Origin: Peribolospora baueri
Lineage: Eukaryota
Direction of reading: 5' to 3'
DNA length: 64,000 bases
NCBI GenBank assembly: GCA_029717555.1
Contig: JAMDHS010000041.1
Coordinates: forward strand, 124,001 to 188,000
Every line of letters starts with the position of its first letter. Position 1 is the first letter of the stretch. Shown here piece after piece: positions 14,868 to 27,031 of the stretch. The translations under genes and the position numbers were made by a program. Below the pieces are notes generated by a model, which worked only from the letters and a program-made list of their open reading frames with translations, did not search any database and was not told the DNA's origin.

Positions 14868-15295
14868 CCTTGGGTCGCTACGATGCTCTGCCGCCGCTGC
14901 GGTATAATGACGAACAGGCGTTCGTCCTTGTTGTGGTCCGGGTTTAAGCAAGGTCAGCATGGGTGCATGAGTGCGCTATTTATATTGTGGATCGTGATCA
15001 GACATGTTGTCCGTCTACGTCCGCCTATGTCCTGGCCTCGGTCAGCAAAGTCTGCTGCGGCTGGACCCGACTGACCGGTAATTTCACAGGAGGAAAGGGC
15101 TCCAGAAGAATATCGGCGAACAACTGGCCTGCTCTCCCCATGTTCTCGACCCCCTTGGCCCGCTCGCTCTCCTTTATGGTCGTTTGCAATTGTGGCCTCT
15201 TGTTGGCCGTACGGGCAGCCATCATGCCCCAGGAGACGGGGACAACAGTGAACATGTCTCGGGCAGATGTGTGAGTTTGTACAAAGCCGAGGAAG

Positions 15296-15700
15296 ATGCT
15301 GAATGAAGCCAGGTGGACGCGCCAAGTTTGCATGTTGTGCTTTGTGCTCGCACTCTGGGCTGGCAGAACCAGTAGTTCAATCACTCCTGAGCTGCACAGA
15401 CCGGGCCATTCCAAGCCCTTGTCAGCGATCCTCTCCACATTGCCCACTTCTTCGCCCGTCCCGACCCCGATGACGACAACAAACAAAGCGGCCAGCTTTT
15501 CAGGCCACCGTGAGGATGCGAGCACGGTAACATCAACAGTGACGCCTGTTGGGGGAACGCTTCCACCTCAGACCCATCAGCCACAGTCGCCGCCGCCAGA
15601 TTACCGGGATGACGACTGGGGGTGGTGGTTCTTCTGGTTCGCCTCCCTGCTCCTTATCATCCCGCTCGCCTGGTGGGTGTGGTGGGTGTGGTGGATATAG
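15296..15700 (+). CDS. Putative small single-pass membrane protein (signal peptide, S/T/P-rich stalk, Trp-rich C-terminal helix)
   Basis: 134-aa ATG-initiated ORF with N-terminal 'MLCFVLALWAG', an S/T-rich middle and C-terminal 'DDDWGWWFFWFASLLLIIPLAWWVWWVWWI*'. No recognisable family. Confidence 0.55.
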   Translation: MLNEARWTRQVCMLCFVLALWAGRTSSSITPELHRPGHSKPLSAILSTLPTSSPVPTPMTTTNKAASFSGHREDASTVTSTVTPVGGTLPPQTHQPQSPPPDYRDDDWGWWFFWFASLLLIIPLAWWVWWVWWI

Positions 15701-16031
15701 CGTGTGTATGGACCGATGCTAAAAAGTGGGAAAGGGTGAGGGCAAGACGTATTGTGGCTGACCCATAGGGACGATCGTCGTTTTCATGGCCACGTTGTCC
15801 TCAAGCATCGTTTGTCCATCTGACATTCTGCAGTCATGGATGATGATGGGCTCGCGCGGGCTTGCGACATGTTCACCGTATCCGAGACTCCGGACGGAAT
15901 GTAAGCTCCGGAGTTCCATTCCCCCCACCTGTCGATCCGTCCGTTCCTCTCGATTTGTCTTTCACGTCTTCATTGCAAACTATGACACCAGCGAGTGAGT
16001 TCGTATATCGTATTGTCCTTGGTACCGTCAC

Positions 16032-19000
16032 CTAGAAGCCTCCCATGCGCTTCTTCCCCCTTTTTTTCGCCGTGCCAGCGCCGCTACCGCCTCCGTGCCC
16101 CGGTCGACCACCAAACCTCCCCGCCACGGGCTGCGTGCTTGGAACTGGAAGACCAGATTGGGAATGCTGGGATTGCGACTGCGACTGCGATTGCGAGTGA
16201 GAAGAGAACGAAGGCAAATCCTCCACCGCTTGCGAGTGGGCCTGCCAAAAGGGGAAAGGCGATGGTTGAGATGGTTGGGAATGCGTAGAGAGCGTGGGGA
16301 CCTGACGGCGGCCTAGGGCACCTGCTTGCGAGCTTGGACGGTGCGGCGTCGCCGTCATCGACGCCCGAGAACTTAGGCTCTCACTCAGAGTCGCCGTGCT
16401 GAATGGACCGCTCTCCCCTGCCTCACTCTCCATCGCCTCATACGGGTCGACATAGACAAAGTCTCTCGGGTCCGTCCCCAAACGCCAGTCGCTTAAAAGC
16501 AGCTTCGCAGCGGGCGTGGCGACCTTGTCTTCGAATCGAACGCCTGCGGCGCCGTCTTCTCCTTCTTCCTCCTCGTCTTGCCTCTCCTCCGCCTCATCGA
16601 TCGCTGAAGGTTTTAAACCCCCCAAAGCGGCACGGCGCGCACGTTGCTTACGAGCGTCGATGGGTTTAAAATAGGAGAAGCCGATAGGGGGTAGCAGCGC
16701 CCCCGTTTCCGGGTCGATCGTCCGCCATTCCGGGAAGACGGCCGGGTCAGAGCCTAGAGGTTGACATTGTGAAGCCGCCTTGTCCGCTTTCACCTTGATC
16801 GTCTGGCTCGCATGACCTTCTTGCCGAGAACGATCCGTATCCACGTCCATGACGTCCGAGTCTTGGGTCCTCATTTCAGCGGCCGGGCCGCGAAATTCGT
16901 TGGGACTCAGCACGCGGGAAGAAAGGACCAGGTCGAGAACGACTTGACTGGCCGCTCTCTGCTGTACCCGACTCCTCTGGGGATCATGGACACGTTCGCT
17001 CTGGACACGATACCGGTCCTGCAAAGCGCGCGTTGCGTGCGCGATGGCCTCTCCGCTATGCGCATGTGGTAGGTCGGCGAACGTCTGTCTGACGTGTTGC
17101 TCAAGGGAGAACTCCCACCCGGCGTCCCGTGCCAGCCAGTCAGATGACGTTATAAGTCTGTTGGCTTGCCGAAGCACGTCGTCGCTAGCCTGGAGAGCAT
17201 GTGGGGACAGGAAGGAGAGCCGAGTTCCTCGCAGACGATCGGTTGCGAGCTCGGCCGCGTCGTAGCTGCATTCGTGAGAAAGACAAGTTTCATTCAGCAC
17301 CGCCATGTCTTCGAGGAAAGCTCCGCGGCTCAAAGCTCGTCTCGACGAATATTACTCACATCGTGATCATCGAATCCGGCAGCGTTTCCCGTTCTGCCAA
17401 CACGGCTCGCAGGGTCTCCAGCTGGGTCGAATCGTCCGTTGGTCTGTCGGTTTGAGGGTCACAGCAAATCTCTGCAAATGAAGGTTCGCGATATGATTGA
17501 AGTAAGCACGGACGACGACGACGACGACGACGACGGCACCAGTTCGCCCACATTCGGTCGAGAATTGTTGCTCACCTCGATACACGGTCGCGAGGTCCAT
17601 CAGCGTCCGATCTCTACCAGCATAAGGTACAGGGTCCTCTTCTTCTTCGTCCCTTTCATCCTCGGCTTCGAGATTCTCAACCGCCCTGGTACGCTGCACA
17701 GTCATCGTCTCCGACGCGTCTGGGAACGACGCTTCGGACTTCTCTTTACGAGATGGTCCAGGAGCGAACTCACGGTAGAAGAGAGCTCCTCGATCTGAGA
17801 GCTCGAAGAGGGCGACGCCATCAAGCCTCCTTTGCTCGATGGCATCGGCATCCCCTGCGGCTATGTCATTCCACTCTCGGTCAAGTACCGTCGCAGGGCA
17901 TGAGACCAGACCGGCGCGGCTCATGCCTGTCGGAAGAGTGTGGATAACCTGGAAAGGCGGAGCATCCGAATGTGCTCTTCCTTCGGATACTGAGCAGACG
18001 TGTGCCGTCAGGAGTGGGCTGTGGCGGGAGCTTAAGAGAACAGCCGTGGCTAAAGCACATAAAAAAGAGCAGACGGATACGCCCTCGATGAATGAGCTTC
18101 AGCATAAGGAGAACAAACAAAGTCCTAACTTACGCTGTCCAGGGATCTTCAGCGCATCCAGCGTAAGTGTCCTATCCCGACGCCTGTGATGTTTCCAAGC
18201 CGTAACCGGTCGTCCAGGGCGACGCTCATCGAACCAGAGAACTTCGTCGGTTGTAGAGGCGCAGAAGAGCTGCGTTTGGTCGAGTTGGGTCGCAGTGAGA
18301 AGAGACGTGAAAGAATGGGAAGAATGGAAAGCCGAGTAGAGGAGACTGCGTGCCGAGGACTAAAAAATGGGAATGCAGCAAAACCCGCTGTTCCTGTCAG
18401 AATCCGTGTATTTTCCTGTGCCCACCAAACGATGCAAAGTGAACGAAGGCTCACACGCATGTCGACCCTCTCCACGCCCTTGTCTCCAGCGACAAAAATT
18501 GAGTTCGAGTCCGAACCCCAAGCAGCCCGCCAAAACAAGCTGTCCTTCTGTGTGTCTAGGAGCAAAGACGTGCCTTTCGCGGCACAAGTGGAGGACCGCA
18601 CAGGGTACTGGCCTTTGTTTCTATGAGCCAGGTATGGCGGCAAGTGGATTGTAGGTGGCATGGACATGCGAGGTCAGCAATCATGCATACGTACGCACTC
18701 CTGCGTCGTTCTGGCGAGTCCGAGCAACGCTGCAGACACACATTTCGATGTTCCACGTAAATACCTCCCCAGCTATGTTGACGAGGGCGCCGGTGCCTCT
18801 ATCGAAAGGGCTGGCGATGACGTCGGCATGACGCTTCCCGCCTGTTTGTGCCTTCTCCAGCACGAACAACGGGCGAGCATCGAGAAGAGGGGGATGGTCC
18901 TTGGAGGTGCGCCAACGACCTGAGGGCTTCTCCACTGAGAAGAGAGATGTGGAAGACAGAGTACGGACGATGATCCATGGTCCGCGATGGGTGACCCGGG

Positions 19001-20071
19001 AGTGGTAGGCCAGTTCGGCCGGCTGGGCGCAGGCGACAATTTGCTGAATAGGCGTTGAAAAGGTGGCTGTGGGCTTGACATTTGGGAGGAAGACTCGCCT
19101 TCCGGGCTCGCGGGTCAAAATCGGGGAGATATCTTGCAAGCATATACCAAGCACAAATCAGCGAGGTGGAACGCGAGCGGACGGGCAGGTCGCCGTCGTC
19201 TGGATGGCTCAGGAAACTCACTCAGTTCGCAGTCCCACTTCCCGCCAGGTCGGACGATCAAATCAGGAGGGTGTCGACCTTCCACCGCCCTCACGAGAGT
19301 GAGACGGTTCCCTGGGAAGAGATCCGGCGTGGACAGGTCGTCCAAGGCGTGGCGATCGGCCACGATGGCGTCCTGTAGCAGGCTGGGCGGGATGGAAACG
19401 GACGGGTGGAATGTGCGCAAGTAACGAAGCTATGCGCATTCGAAAGAGGGACGGAGATGAAAAGATGAGTTGATTCCGCTTGGCCTTGTTAGCCAATCTC
19501 CAGCCGTTATCACTCACTCCTCGGTCCGCCGCATCGAGCGACGACACTGCCTGGGAATCGCGTTCTCTCTTTCGGAAAGAAGGAGCGAGCTTGACACGGC
19601 GCGACACAGGATTAAGGCCCACATCTGCGTTCCAAACAGGCATACACAATAGATCAATCCTGAGGATAGGCCTCGACAGCACACCGCTAAAAGCGAAAAG
19701 GAGGCTCACCGTTCCTTCGCCCGGCAGAAAACTCCCACAGCAGCCTTGCCCTACCCAGGCTTTCGCCGCCGCCTCCTCCTCTTTCTGTTCTCTCACCATC
19801 CCCTTCCCCCTCGCCAGCCTCCACCTGCCTCAAAGAAGCCGCGGCCAGGTATCCAAAGTCGAGCAAAGTAGACGTATTGTGAAAGCCGACGGCGGTATCG
19901 ACGACTTCCTTCCGTGTGCGGCCCGAAGCGCGAGCGGTCGTGACACGGTCAACCGTGCGCTAACCCTATCCGAGCGTGATTGCCACGTGATGTCTCCGCT
20001 GCAGTCAGGGTCCAATACTACGCCGTGGGGCGGGGTAAACGTAATTCACCTGTACGACCCCGCTCTGGCAT
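16032..20071 (-). CDS. RRN6: RNA polymerase I core factor subunit RRN6/TAF1C-like, multi-exon; start codon uncertain
   Basis: N-terminal 'LDFGYLAAASL...WEF' and 'LRYLRTFHPSV'; beta-propeller segments 'FSTPIQQI' and 'GGKRHADVIASPF..GALVNIAGEVFTW'; 'LFELSDRGAL'; 'AKLLLSDWRLGTDPRDFVYVDPY'; family-typical end 'STQPVAGRFGGR...KKRMGGF*'. Confidence 0.78.
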
Positions 20072-20106
20072 CGTCTCGCCCCTTCATCCTCTCTTTGCGT
20101 CTCGAA

Positions 20107-21412
20107 ATGAGCGACCATGTCGTCGCGCAAGTCCAGGAGACAGGTCGAGGCTTGGAAACGACCGTCAGGAAGCATAATGGCTCTACGGCTACCCCCGCAA
20201 AAAAACGCAAGCGAACCCGCGTTTCTCAGGCGTGCGTACCTTGCAGGCGCAGGAACGTCCGATGCGATGGAAGACCACCCGCGTGCGGCCAGTGCGTAGA
20301 TCCGGAGGAAGTCTGCACTTGGCCAGAAATTGACAGGCGAAGGAAGGTCAAGAAGGCGAAGGTGGTCTCCGGGACGGATGCGGAGCAGGCGCCTACCAGC
20401 AGCAGAGAAGAAAGCGAGATGGAGGAGGACAGACAGGGGGCGACGACGGCGGCTTCGTTTACTGGAAGAAGTCCTTCCCCTGTGCCCAGTTTCAGTAACA
20501 CGTCGTTTCCATCGCATCTCTTCAACCTCAGCATGCCGTCGTTCACCGCGCACGGGCCTCAAGGCGAGCACGACGCAGTGCGGGGTCGTATTGGGGACGT
20601 TCCGGTCAGTTTCAAAGCTTTCCCGGGCTCTCTGACCTACATATTGTACTTACGTTAGCTTTCATTACTTTAGGCCTCTTCACTTTCCTTGCCTACGGGC
20701 GGCAACTCGTCAATGGCGCCCATGTCGGCCCTACGCGACCTGTCCTGGCTGACCAGCCCACCGCACTTCTGTTCGGCGCAGGCGCAAGCAGACTCCAATA
20801 CCCCATTCTCCGGCGACGGGTTTGCCCCAGGATCCAGTGCTATGCACATAAATGATTCAGGGTCCTCCTCTCTCCACGGCAATGTATCCTCATTCAATCA
20901 GCTCCTTTTACCCCACGACTTTACTCAAACCGATCCCAGCACCCACCTCACTTCCGGCTTGCACGACCTACTCCTCCAGCCGGATGCCCTGGATGCCCTC
21001 GCCGGACAGGTTGCATTTTTGGGGCATTCTAGCCCTTCCGGAACTGAGGGGAGCGCGGCTAGTGCCTCCAGGACTGGAAGGATGAACGCAGACGGTGAAG
21101 ATGCGTGGCTTGGTAGGGTTGCGGACGAGGACGACGGAGCAGGCGGAACGGAGGATCTCGAGGTGGCGGAGACAGCCCAATCAAGTAGGTCTCGACTAGT
21201 GAAGGTGAGTCATTAGAGGACGAATTGACGTTCATTCTTTTGCTCATCCAACAACATTGATGTCGGTACCTTGTCCATTCGACGCTGCATAGGTGTACTA
21301 TTTCCGTTATTTCGACCAAAGGTCACGAACACGCAGACGCCATCGCAAAGCACTACGGCGTGCGGGCGAAGGCGTACAAGTGCCAGGTCAAGGAAGCGCA
21401 GCAGGTCTTTGA
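20107..21412 (+). pseudogene. Truncated Zn(II)2Cys6 transcription factor (DNA-binding domain only; no regulatory/MHR domain)
   Basis: 'KRTRVSQACVPCRRRNVRCDGRPPACGQCVDPEEVCTW'. Exons 20107-20604, 20674-21204 and 21293-21412 (382 aa). After 'RLVKVYYFRYF' the frame runs into SDR sequence in the wrong frame and stops at TGA 21410-21412. Confidence 0.75.
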
Positions 21413-22473
21413 CACCATCAAGGCAGTTCTTGCCGACTTTGGTGGCCGGCTGGACATCTTCGTCGCCAATGCAGGCATTCCTAGCACGGCGGGTCTGCTT
21501 GAGGACTCCCTGGAAGCGTACAGAGAGGTACGGCGCTAAAGATCAGCGGGAAGAAGGACCAACAGGTCACTTACTCAGCGAGCCGAGCTCCCGGCTTGTC
21601 TTCTTGCTATCTCTCTCTCTATTTAGGTCGTGGCCACCAATCTTGATGGCGTCGTGTACTGCGCCAATGTCGTCGGAGAAATATTCAAAAAGCAGGGCAA
21701 GGGCAGCTTTATCATTGTGAGCAGCGCCGATCTTTCTCTCCTCTCGCTTGCCTTACCGCGTCTTTCTAACATTGCCATGTTCAACACACAGACGTCTTCC
21801 ATGTCTGCCCATATCGTGAACGTCTCGTAAGCAGCACCACGTCTTGAGGAGTACCAAGGTGAAGTGGCACTGACTGGACTAAGTATCCCTGCTCTACGTC
21901 AACGAAAGGCAACAGCAAGCCGTTTACAAATCGACCAAGGCGGCCGTGTCTCACCTTGCCAAGTCCCTCGCCGTCGAATGGGCCGACTTTGCTCGTGTCA
22001 ATGCGTGAGTGGGGCCCTGTCTCGGTACGTGCTTGCCACACGTCGTGCTGATTCGAGTGCTGTTTTCCGTACCTACGCCAGCATCTCTCCCGGGTGCATC
22101 GATACCCCCATTTCGAAGAGCGTGCCGGCACACGTCAAGGAAGAGTGGTTCCGCCGCATTCCTCTCGGTAGAGACGCGGACCCTCGCGAGCTCAAGGGTG
22201 CCTACTTGTACTTGGCCGGCGATGCGAGCACTTATACCACCGGTGCTGGTAAGTAGAACCGCAACAAGCTAACACGGTGTTGAATTATTTCTGGATGGGT
22301 GGGGGGAAGACGAGAGAGGACTGAAAACGTTTCCATCCGATGCCGCCTCCTGTCTCAACCCGATCTCAGATCTCATCGTCGACGGTGAGACGTGCTTGCC
22401 TTTTTCCCCTTGGACTAGTTCAGAATTGATCGATGGTCATCTTACTTGCACAGGAGGCTACTGCGTGCCGTGA
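21312..22473 (+). pseudogene. 5'-truncated short-chain dehydrogenase/reductase (sorbose/L-xylulose reductase-mannitol dehydrogenase type)
   Basis: 'AIAKHYGVRAKAYKCQV...GRLDIFVANAGI...TNLDGVVYCA...TSSMSAHIVN...[31 protein letters not shown]...DLIVDGGYCVP*'. There is no upstream TGxxxGIG motif or ATG in this frame before an in-frame stop. Confidence 0.8.
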
Positions 22474-22639
22474 AGGTAAATATGCTCAACTTTCCATCGG
22501 CGGTCTCTTGCACTGGTCATGATTGGACTGGACTGGCAATGGAACCTTGGAACATGATCGCTTTGCTCGGCTGTCTATGGGAGACAATCCACACGCTATT
22601 GAAGGAAAATTTGCGTCCAATGGTCACCGAGAAGAGAAA

Positions 22640-23673
22640 CTAGACTTTACCCTGATTATGTAAACATACGTCTTCCCTTCTCCGTTTCGAAGCTGCCACA
22701 AAGGACGCATCTTCGACCGTCTTGATCCTTCGCGTGGTAGGGAGCATATGTCGCAAGATGTATTCACCGTCTGACGAATGAAAGCATCGCATATCAGAGC
22801 CGCACACGCCAAGCTTGTCCATCCTATTCCTCGGATCCTTACTCGGCAAGTCATTGTTTTCCGCCCTCCATATGGCATCTTGCAAATCCTTGCCCACCCC
22901 GGTCTCGACGTGCCGCTTGATGAGCCTCTGCCTCGCGAGCTTCTTGTCCACGTCCAGGAACCATCGCTCGTCCATCCTCGACCCCGCACGGGACCAGGGC
23001 TCGACGTCAAGAAGGACGTAGAGTCCTTCGATGAGGACGATACGATGTGTGGGTCGGACGTGGACTGACGACGGGATGGGATCCTTTTTGGCGTGATCGA
23101 AAGAAGGTGCCGATAAAATGTGGAGTTCCGGGCTTGGGGTTTCCGGAAGGGGGGCACGGAGGAGGGTGACGAACTCGACGAAGGCCTGTCCAGACCAGAA
23201 GAGGGCCGCGCAAAAGGGTCATGCCATGGCTTCGTTTCGCTGATGGACCATGATTGGGGAAGGGAGAGAGAGAGAGGAGAGCTCACGTCGGCATCAAAGG
23301 TCCAATGGGCACCTCTTCGCGCGTAAGCTTGCTCCACGTCGTCAGACTTGTCGAGCTCCACCCTGCTCAGATGCCATCCGTCCATACCAACCACGATTGC
23401 CTCCTCCGCCTGGCCGAGCAAGCCATGCAGTCGAGCCAAGACCGCATTGGCCAGCACGGACTTGCCCGAGCCTGGGACGCCCGCCACGCCTACAAGCAGG
23501 CGAGCATTGCGAGGGGTGCTAGAGAGCCGGGGTTACGGGGCACGAAAGGCTAGTCTGAGGTTTGCAAGTCATGCGAGTGACATCCATTTGGGTGATATTG
23601 GGAGATGGACGCATGCCTACCTCTTCAACCTGGAGATGAGGTGGGCAGCAAGCTCGTTTGCAATGCTGTCCAT
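22640..23673 (-). CDS. YFH7: P-loop small-molecule kinase, YFH7/YggC/FrcK-like (PRK/uridine kinase/PanK superfamily), 4 exons
   Basis: Walker A 'GVPGSGKS', 'MDGWHLSR', 'ARRGAHWTFD', 'PSFDHAKKDP', 'IVLIEGLYVLLD' and 'RAENNDLPNG'. The frame is intact across the introns. Confidence 0.88.
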
Positions 23674-24118
23674 GATCGGCCGGGTCATGTTGCGATCAGC
23701 TAGCTTGCTGCTGGTCGTCTGGGACTTGCTCGTTCGGCGAACGAGCGGCCAATGTCGAATAGCAGGATCTAAAGAAGGAAGAGGTCAGTGATAGACAAGC
23801 CCCACAGTTAGGATTGGAAAAACATCCTTGCTTCACGAGGTCATTCCGTGGAGGGTGGTGCGTGATCGGTTGAACGACCTCATGACCTGTCTCGGATGAA
23901 CGCCGGCCTTAACTGGCCGAGCGGAAGGAACGCAAGCGACAAGAGGTATGGAAGAATGGAAAGCACACACACCGACTTCGAGCCAGAGACTACTTACATG
24001 TTCCATCGGAGACGACGACTGCGTCCCCTCTCGTCCCAGTCCTCGCCTAGATATTGACATCATCGCCACTTCGCTCGTCTATACTCTGTGGACTCCATCT
24101 CACAACCAAATCATCAAC

Positions 24119-26369
24119 ATGGACAAGGCGCAGACTCCAAGGGCCGGGCCCGACTTCAATGTTCTCATCGTAGGAGCGGGAGGAATCAACTTTGGTAAGA
24201 CCTGAGCCAAGGTCCACTAGCACACGTTTCTTGGGCAAAAGTTCATAGCTCAGGTTCAACACCGCCCACCGGCGCTTCTTCCCTCAGGCTGTGACGAAGG
24301 TCCCTGGAACCACTCCATTCGCCTAGAGCACAAGTTGGGCCCTCGCCTGAAGGTAGTCGGTCTCATCGACCCATTCATAGGTCGCTCCATGGAAGTCCTG
24401 CGCAAGAAGCGGGACAGCTTCGTCCTTCCTGCTTACGAAGGCACCGTCCCATACAAAGATGTGGATGAGGCGAAGAAAGATTTGGGAGAACCAGGAGGGA
24501 GCAGGTGGCCGAGGTGAGCACGTGGAGTGTTGGAGGAGGCACCACCCCTCGCAGCTGGAGCATCTCACGGTAGCACGCGGCGAAGTAGAACAAGTCGAAG
24601 AGATGGAGGCGAGGCGGTGCCGGCGCCAGCAAAATCATCGCCGCCCGGAGAGCGAAGCGCGCATCCGGACAACCTTCCAGAGCGTGTTTAGTCTATCTAT
24701 TTCCGTCTGACGTGGCTCTCTCCTCGCTCGTCCTCGGAGCAGAGCTATTATTCTCGGTGCCCCACCTGCCTTCCGCGGTTCCCTCGCCGCTCCACGCAAC
24801 CTCGAGGCCACTCTGACGACAGCTTTCCCTGGCGTTCCTCTATTCGTTGAAAAACCGGTTTCGACAGACACTGCTGAGAATGCGTACAAAGTCGCGGGCA
24901 TGTTGGAAGAACGGGGGACTCTTGTCGGGGTTGGATATGTGATGCGATATTTGAAAGGTATGTGGTACACAAGGACATCGGCTCATTCAGTCAATCTCGG
25001 CTCATTGTCGGCAGCCGTCTTCCTATTCTCGGCCTTTCCTGTTGGCAGCCGTCCAAGAGATGAAGTAAACGTCAGCTGGCCTGTAGCTCCTCTTATCGAA
25101 CCGAACTGAGTATCTTTTCTGCTGTCTTCGCTTCAGGAACATCCTTGCACAGAACAACCTCAAGGTGATGGCGACGAACGCTCGGTACGCCATGGCATAG
25201 TACGTACGGAATTGCTTAAGCTACTTTCGGCAACCTTGGCTTCATGACTCATTCTCTGCCCTGATCACCGAAGCCCGAAGGCGAACAAATGGGAATGGTG
25301 GGACAAGACGAGGTCTTGCGGACGTGAGCACATCATTTGAAGCGGCCCTGAGGTCTTTCTGTCCGCTTCAGTGCTGAAGTCCGCTTTTACATGACAACAG
25401 CTATCGTTGAGCAAGCTACCCACTTTGTGGACCTCTGTCGCTACCTGGCCGGAGAGGTCGACACCACCTCCGTGTTAGCTCACTCGCTCGAGCACGATGA
25501 ATCTGCGGGCAAGCTGAGCAAGATGTCAAGGGACTTTGACGAGAACGACATCGCGCCCGACAACCGTATTCCCAGGATCACCAGTGCCATTTGGAAGTAT
25601 GAAAGCGGCGCAGTTGGGAGTTTGACGCATGCCGTGGCTCTTCAAGGTAAGAGCGGTAAAATAAAGCAAAAAGCGCTTATACTGTCGATCCGCTACGTAC
25701 CAGTTTCTTCATTTCGTCATTTCGTATTGTCTCTTCCATTCGGGTTTTGATTTGACAGGCACACGGTACATGACAGAGCTGGAAGTATACGCTGACGGTT
25801 GGTTGCTCAAGCTGGTGGATCCGTACAATGATCCGACGCTGCACATATGGTGAGGACGTTCGTTGCGGGTTCGTCCATCCTACCCGACACTGATGAGTTC
25901 GACTTGCCTTTTTCTAGGGGTCCGGAGGACGATACCGTCAGTGAGTACCTCGTGTTTACCTGCGACCTCTTATAAAGGCAACGTGTCTCTGAGATGCTGT
26001 TTCGTTTGACACGCAGAAATATCGAAATTCTTGGACGATGATCCGTTCTACACAGGTGAGCCTCCTCCGACCCTCTCTGGACAGGGAAGCACTGAAATCT
26101 AACCATTTCAGCTTCGCCTGTTAGAAATCTCTCGCTTCATCGACCAAGTGGAAGGTGTTCCTCCTGAGGAGTCGCCTATCTTGAGCAGCTACTTAGATGC
26201 AGTGAAGACGTACGAGCTGGTAAGCCTTCCATATTCTTGTCCGGCTTGTGACTGTGACAGTGTTGTCCAAACTGCATTCCTCAACAATGCTGCGTCGTCT
26301 TGCCTCTATGATCGTTGGGCTCGATAGACCTGGGCCATCCGCCTCGCTTCAGAGCGGGGTCACAAGTAG
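24119..26369 (+). CDS. Gfo/Idh/MocA-type NAD(P) oxidoreductase with fungal ox_reductase_C-like C-terminus; many small exons
   Basis: 'FNVLIVGAGGINFGCDEGPWNHSIRLEHKLGPRLKVVGLIDP', 'FVEKPVS', 'VGYVMRYLK', 'WWDKTRSCGPIVEQATHFVDL' and 'DAVKTYELTWAIRLASE'. Confidence 0.88.
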
Positions 26370-27031
26370 ACGAGTAGTTGTTTTGGAGACGCCGCGCCAT
26401 TGCCATGCCATGTTCTGTATCTCTCCTTCCTGCGCGTAACGCGAATCGGCAGTCTTCGGACCCGTGATCGGTCGCCGCGATAGGACACCGGCGCACACGT
26501 TGGGGTTGATGATTCACCCTCGGAAAAGCAAAAGGCTCGCTCGGCGGCCAACGTGTTACGGTTCAACCTGGAGATTCCCAAGATAGACGAGCAGTCCGTG
26601 CATTGCAACGGAATCGACAAGTGTGCAGACCGGTCCTCGGGCGCCACATTTCTCTCCACCTTGCAAGTCGGTCCGGCATCGCAGGCAGGCACATGCCGCC
26701 AGTGAGAGAAGAAGAGGGATTTGGTTCCGCGGTGTTGGAACAGCCTTACGGTGCCCGTTGCGGGGCTCCTCATCCTTGGGCGTGCCTGACGAGTGGGATA
26801 CGGATCACGACGTCGTCGGCTTGCTTGCTTGTCGCAGGACGGGAAGGCGAGAGGACATGAAAGGGGACCATGCAGCTGCTCTGACAGTGCTGTCTTCCCG
26901 CAGGATATCTCTTTCGTTCTTCCGGGTGTCGTCGTATTGATGCCCGCTATATAGAGCCCCCCAATCGTATCTTGTCCGGATATCGTTCTTCCTTTCCCAG
27001 CTCTTGTTCCCCTCGCTCAGCTCCCTCGGTC

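Noticed and set aside
19263..19799. ORF-track start 'MVREQKEEE' as the RRN6 N-terminus
   Set aside because: Splice phases at the next two introns require the other frame (LDFGY...WEF), which also matches the family motif.
21293..22473. Programmed +1 frameshift yielding a functional TF-SDR fusion
   Set aside because: The SDR lacks its NAD(P)-binding N-terminus and both parts show degenerate residues. A deletion is the simpler explanation.
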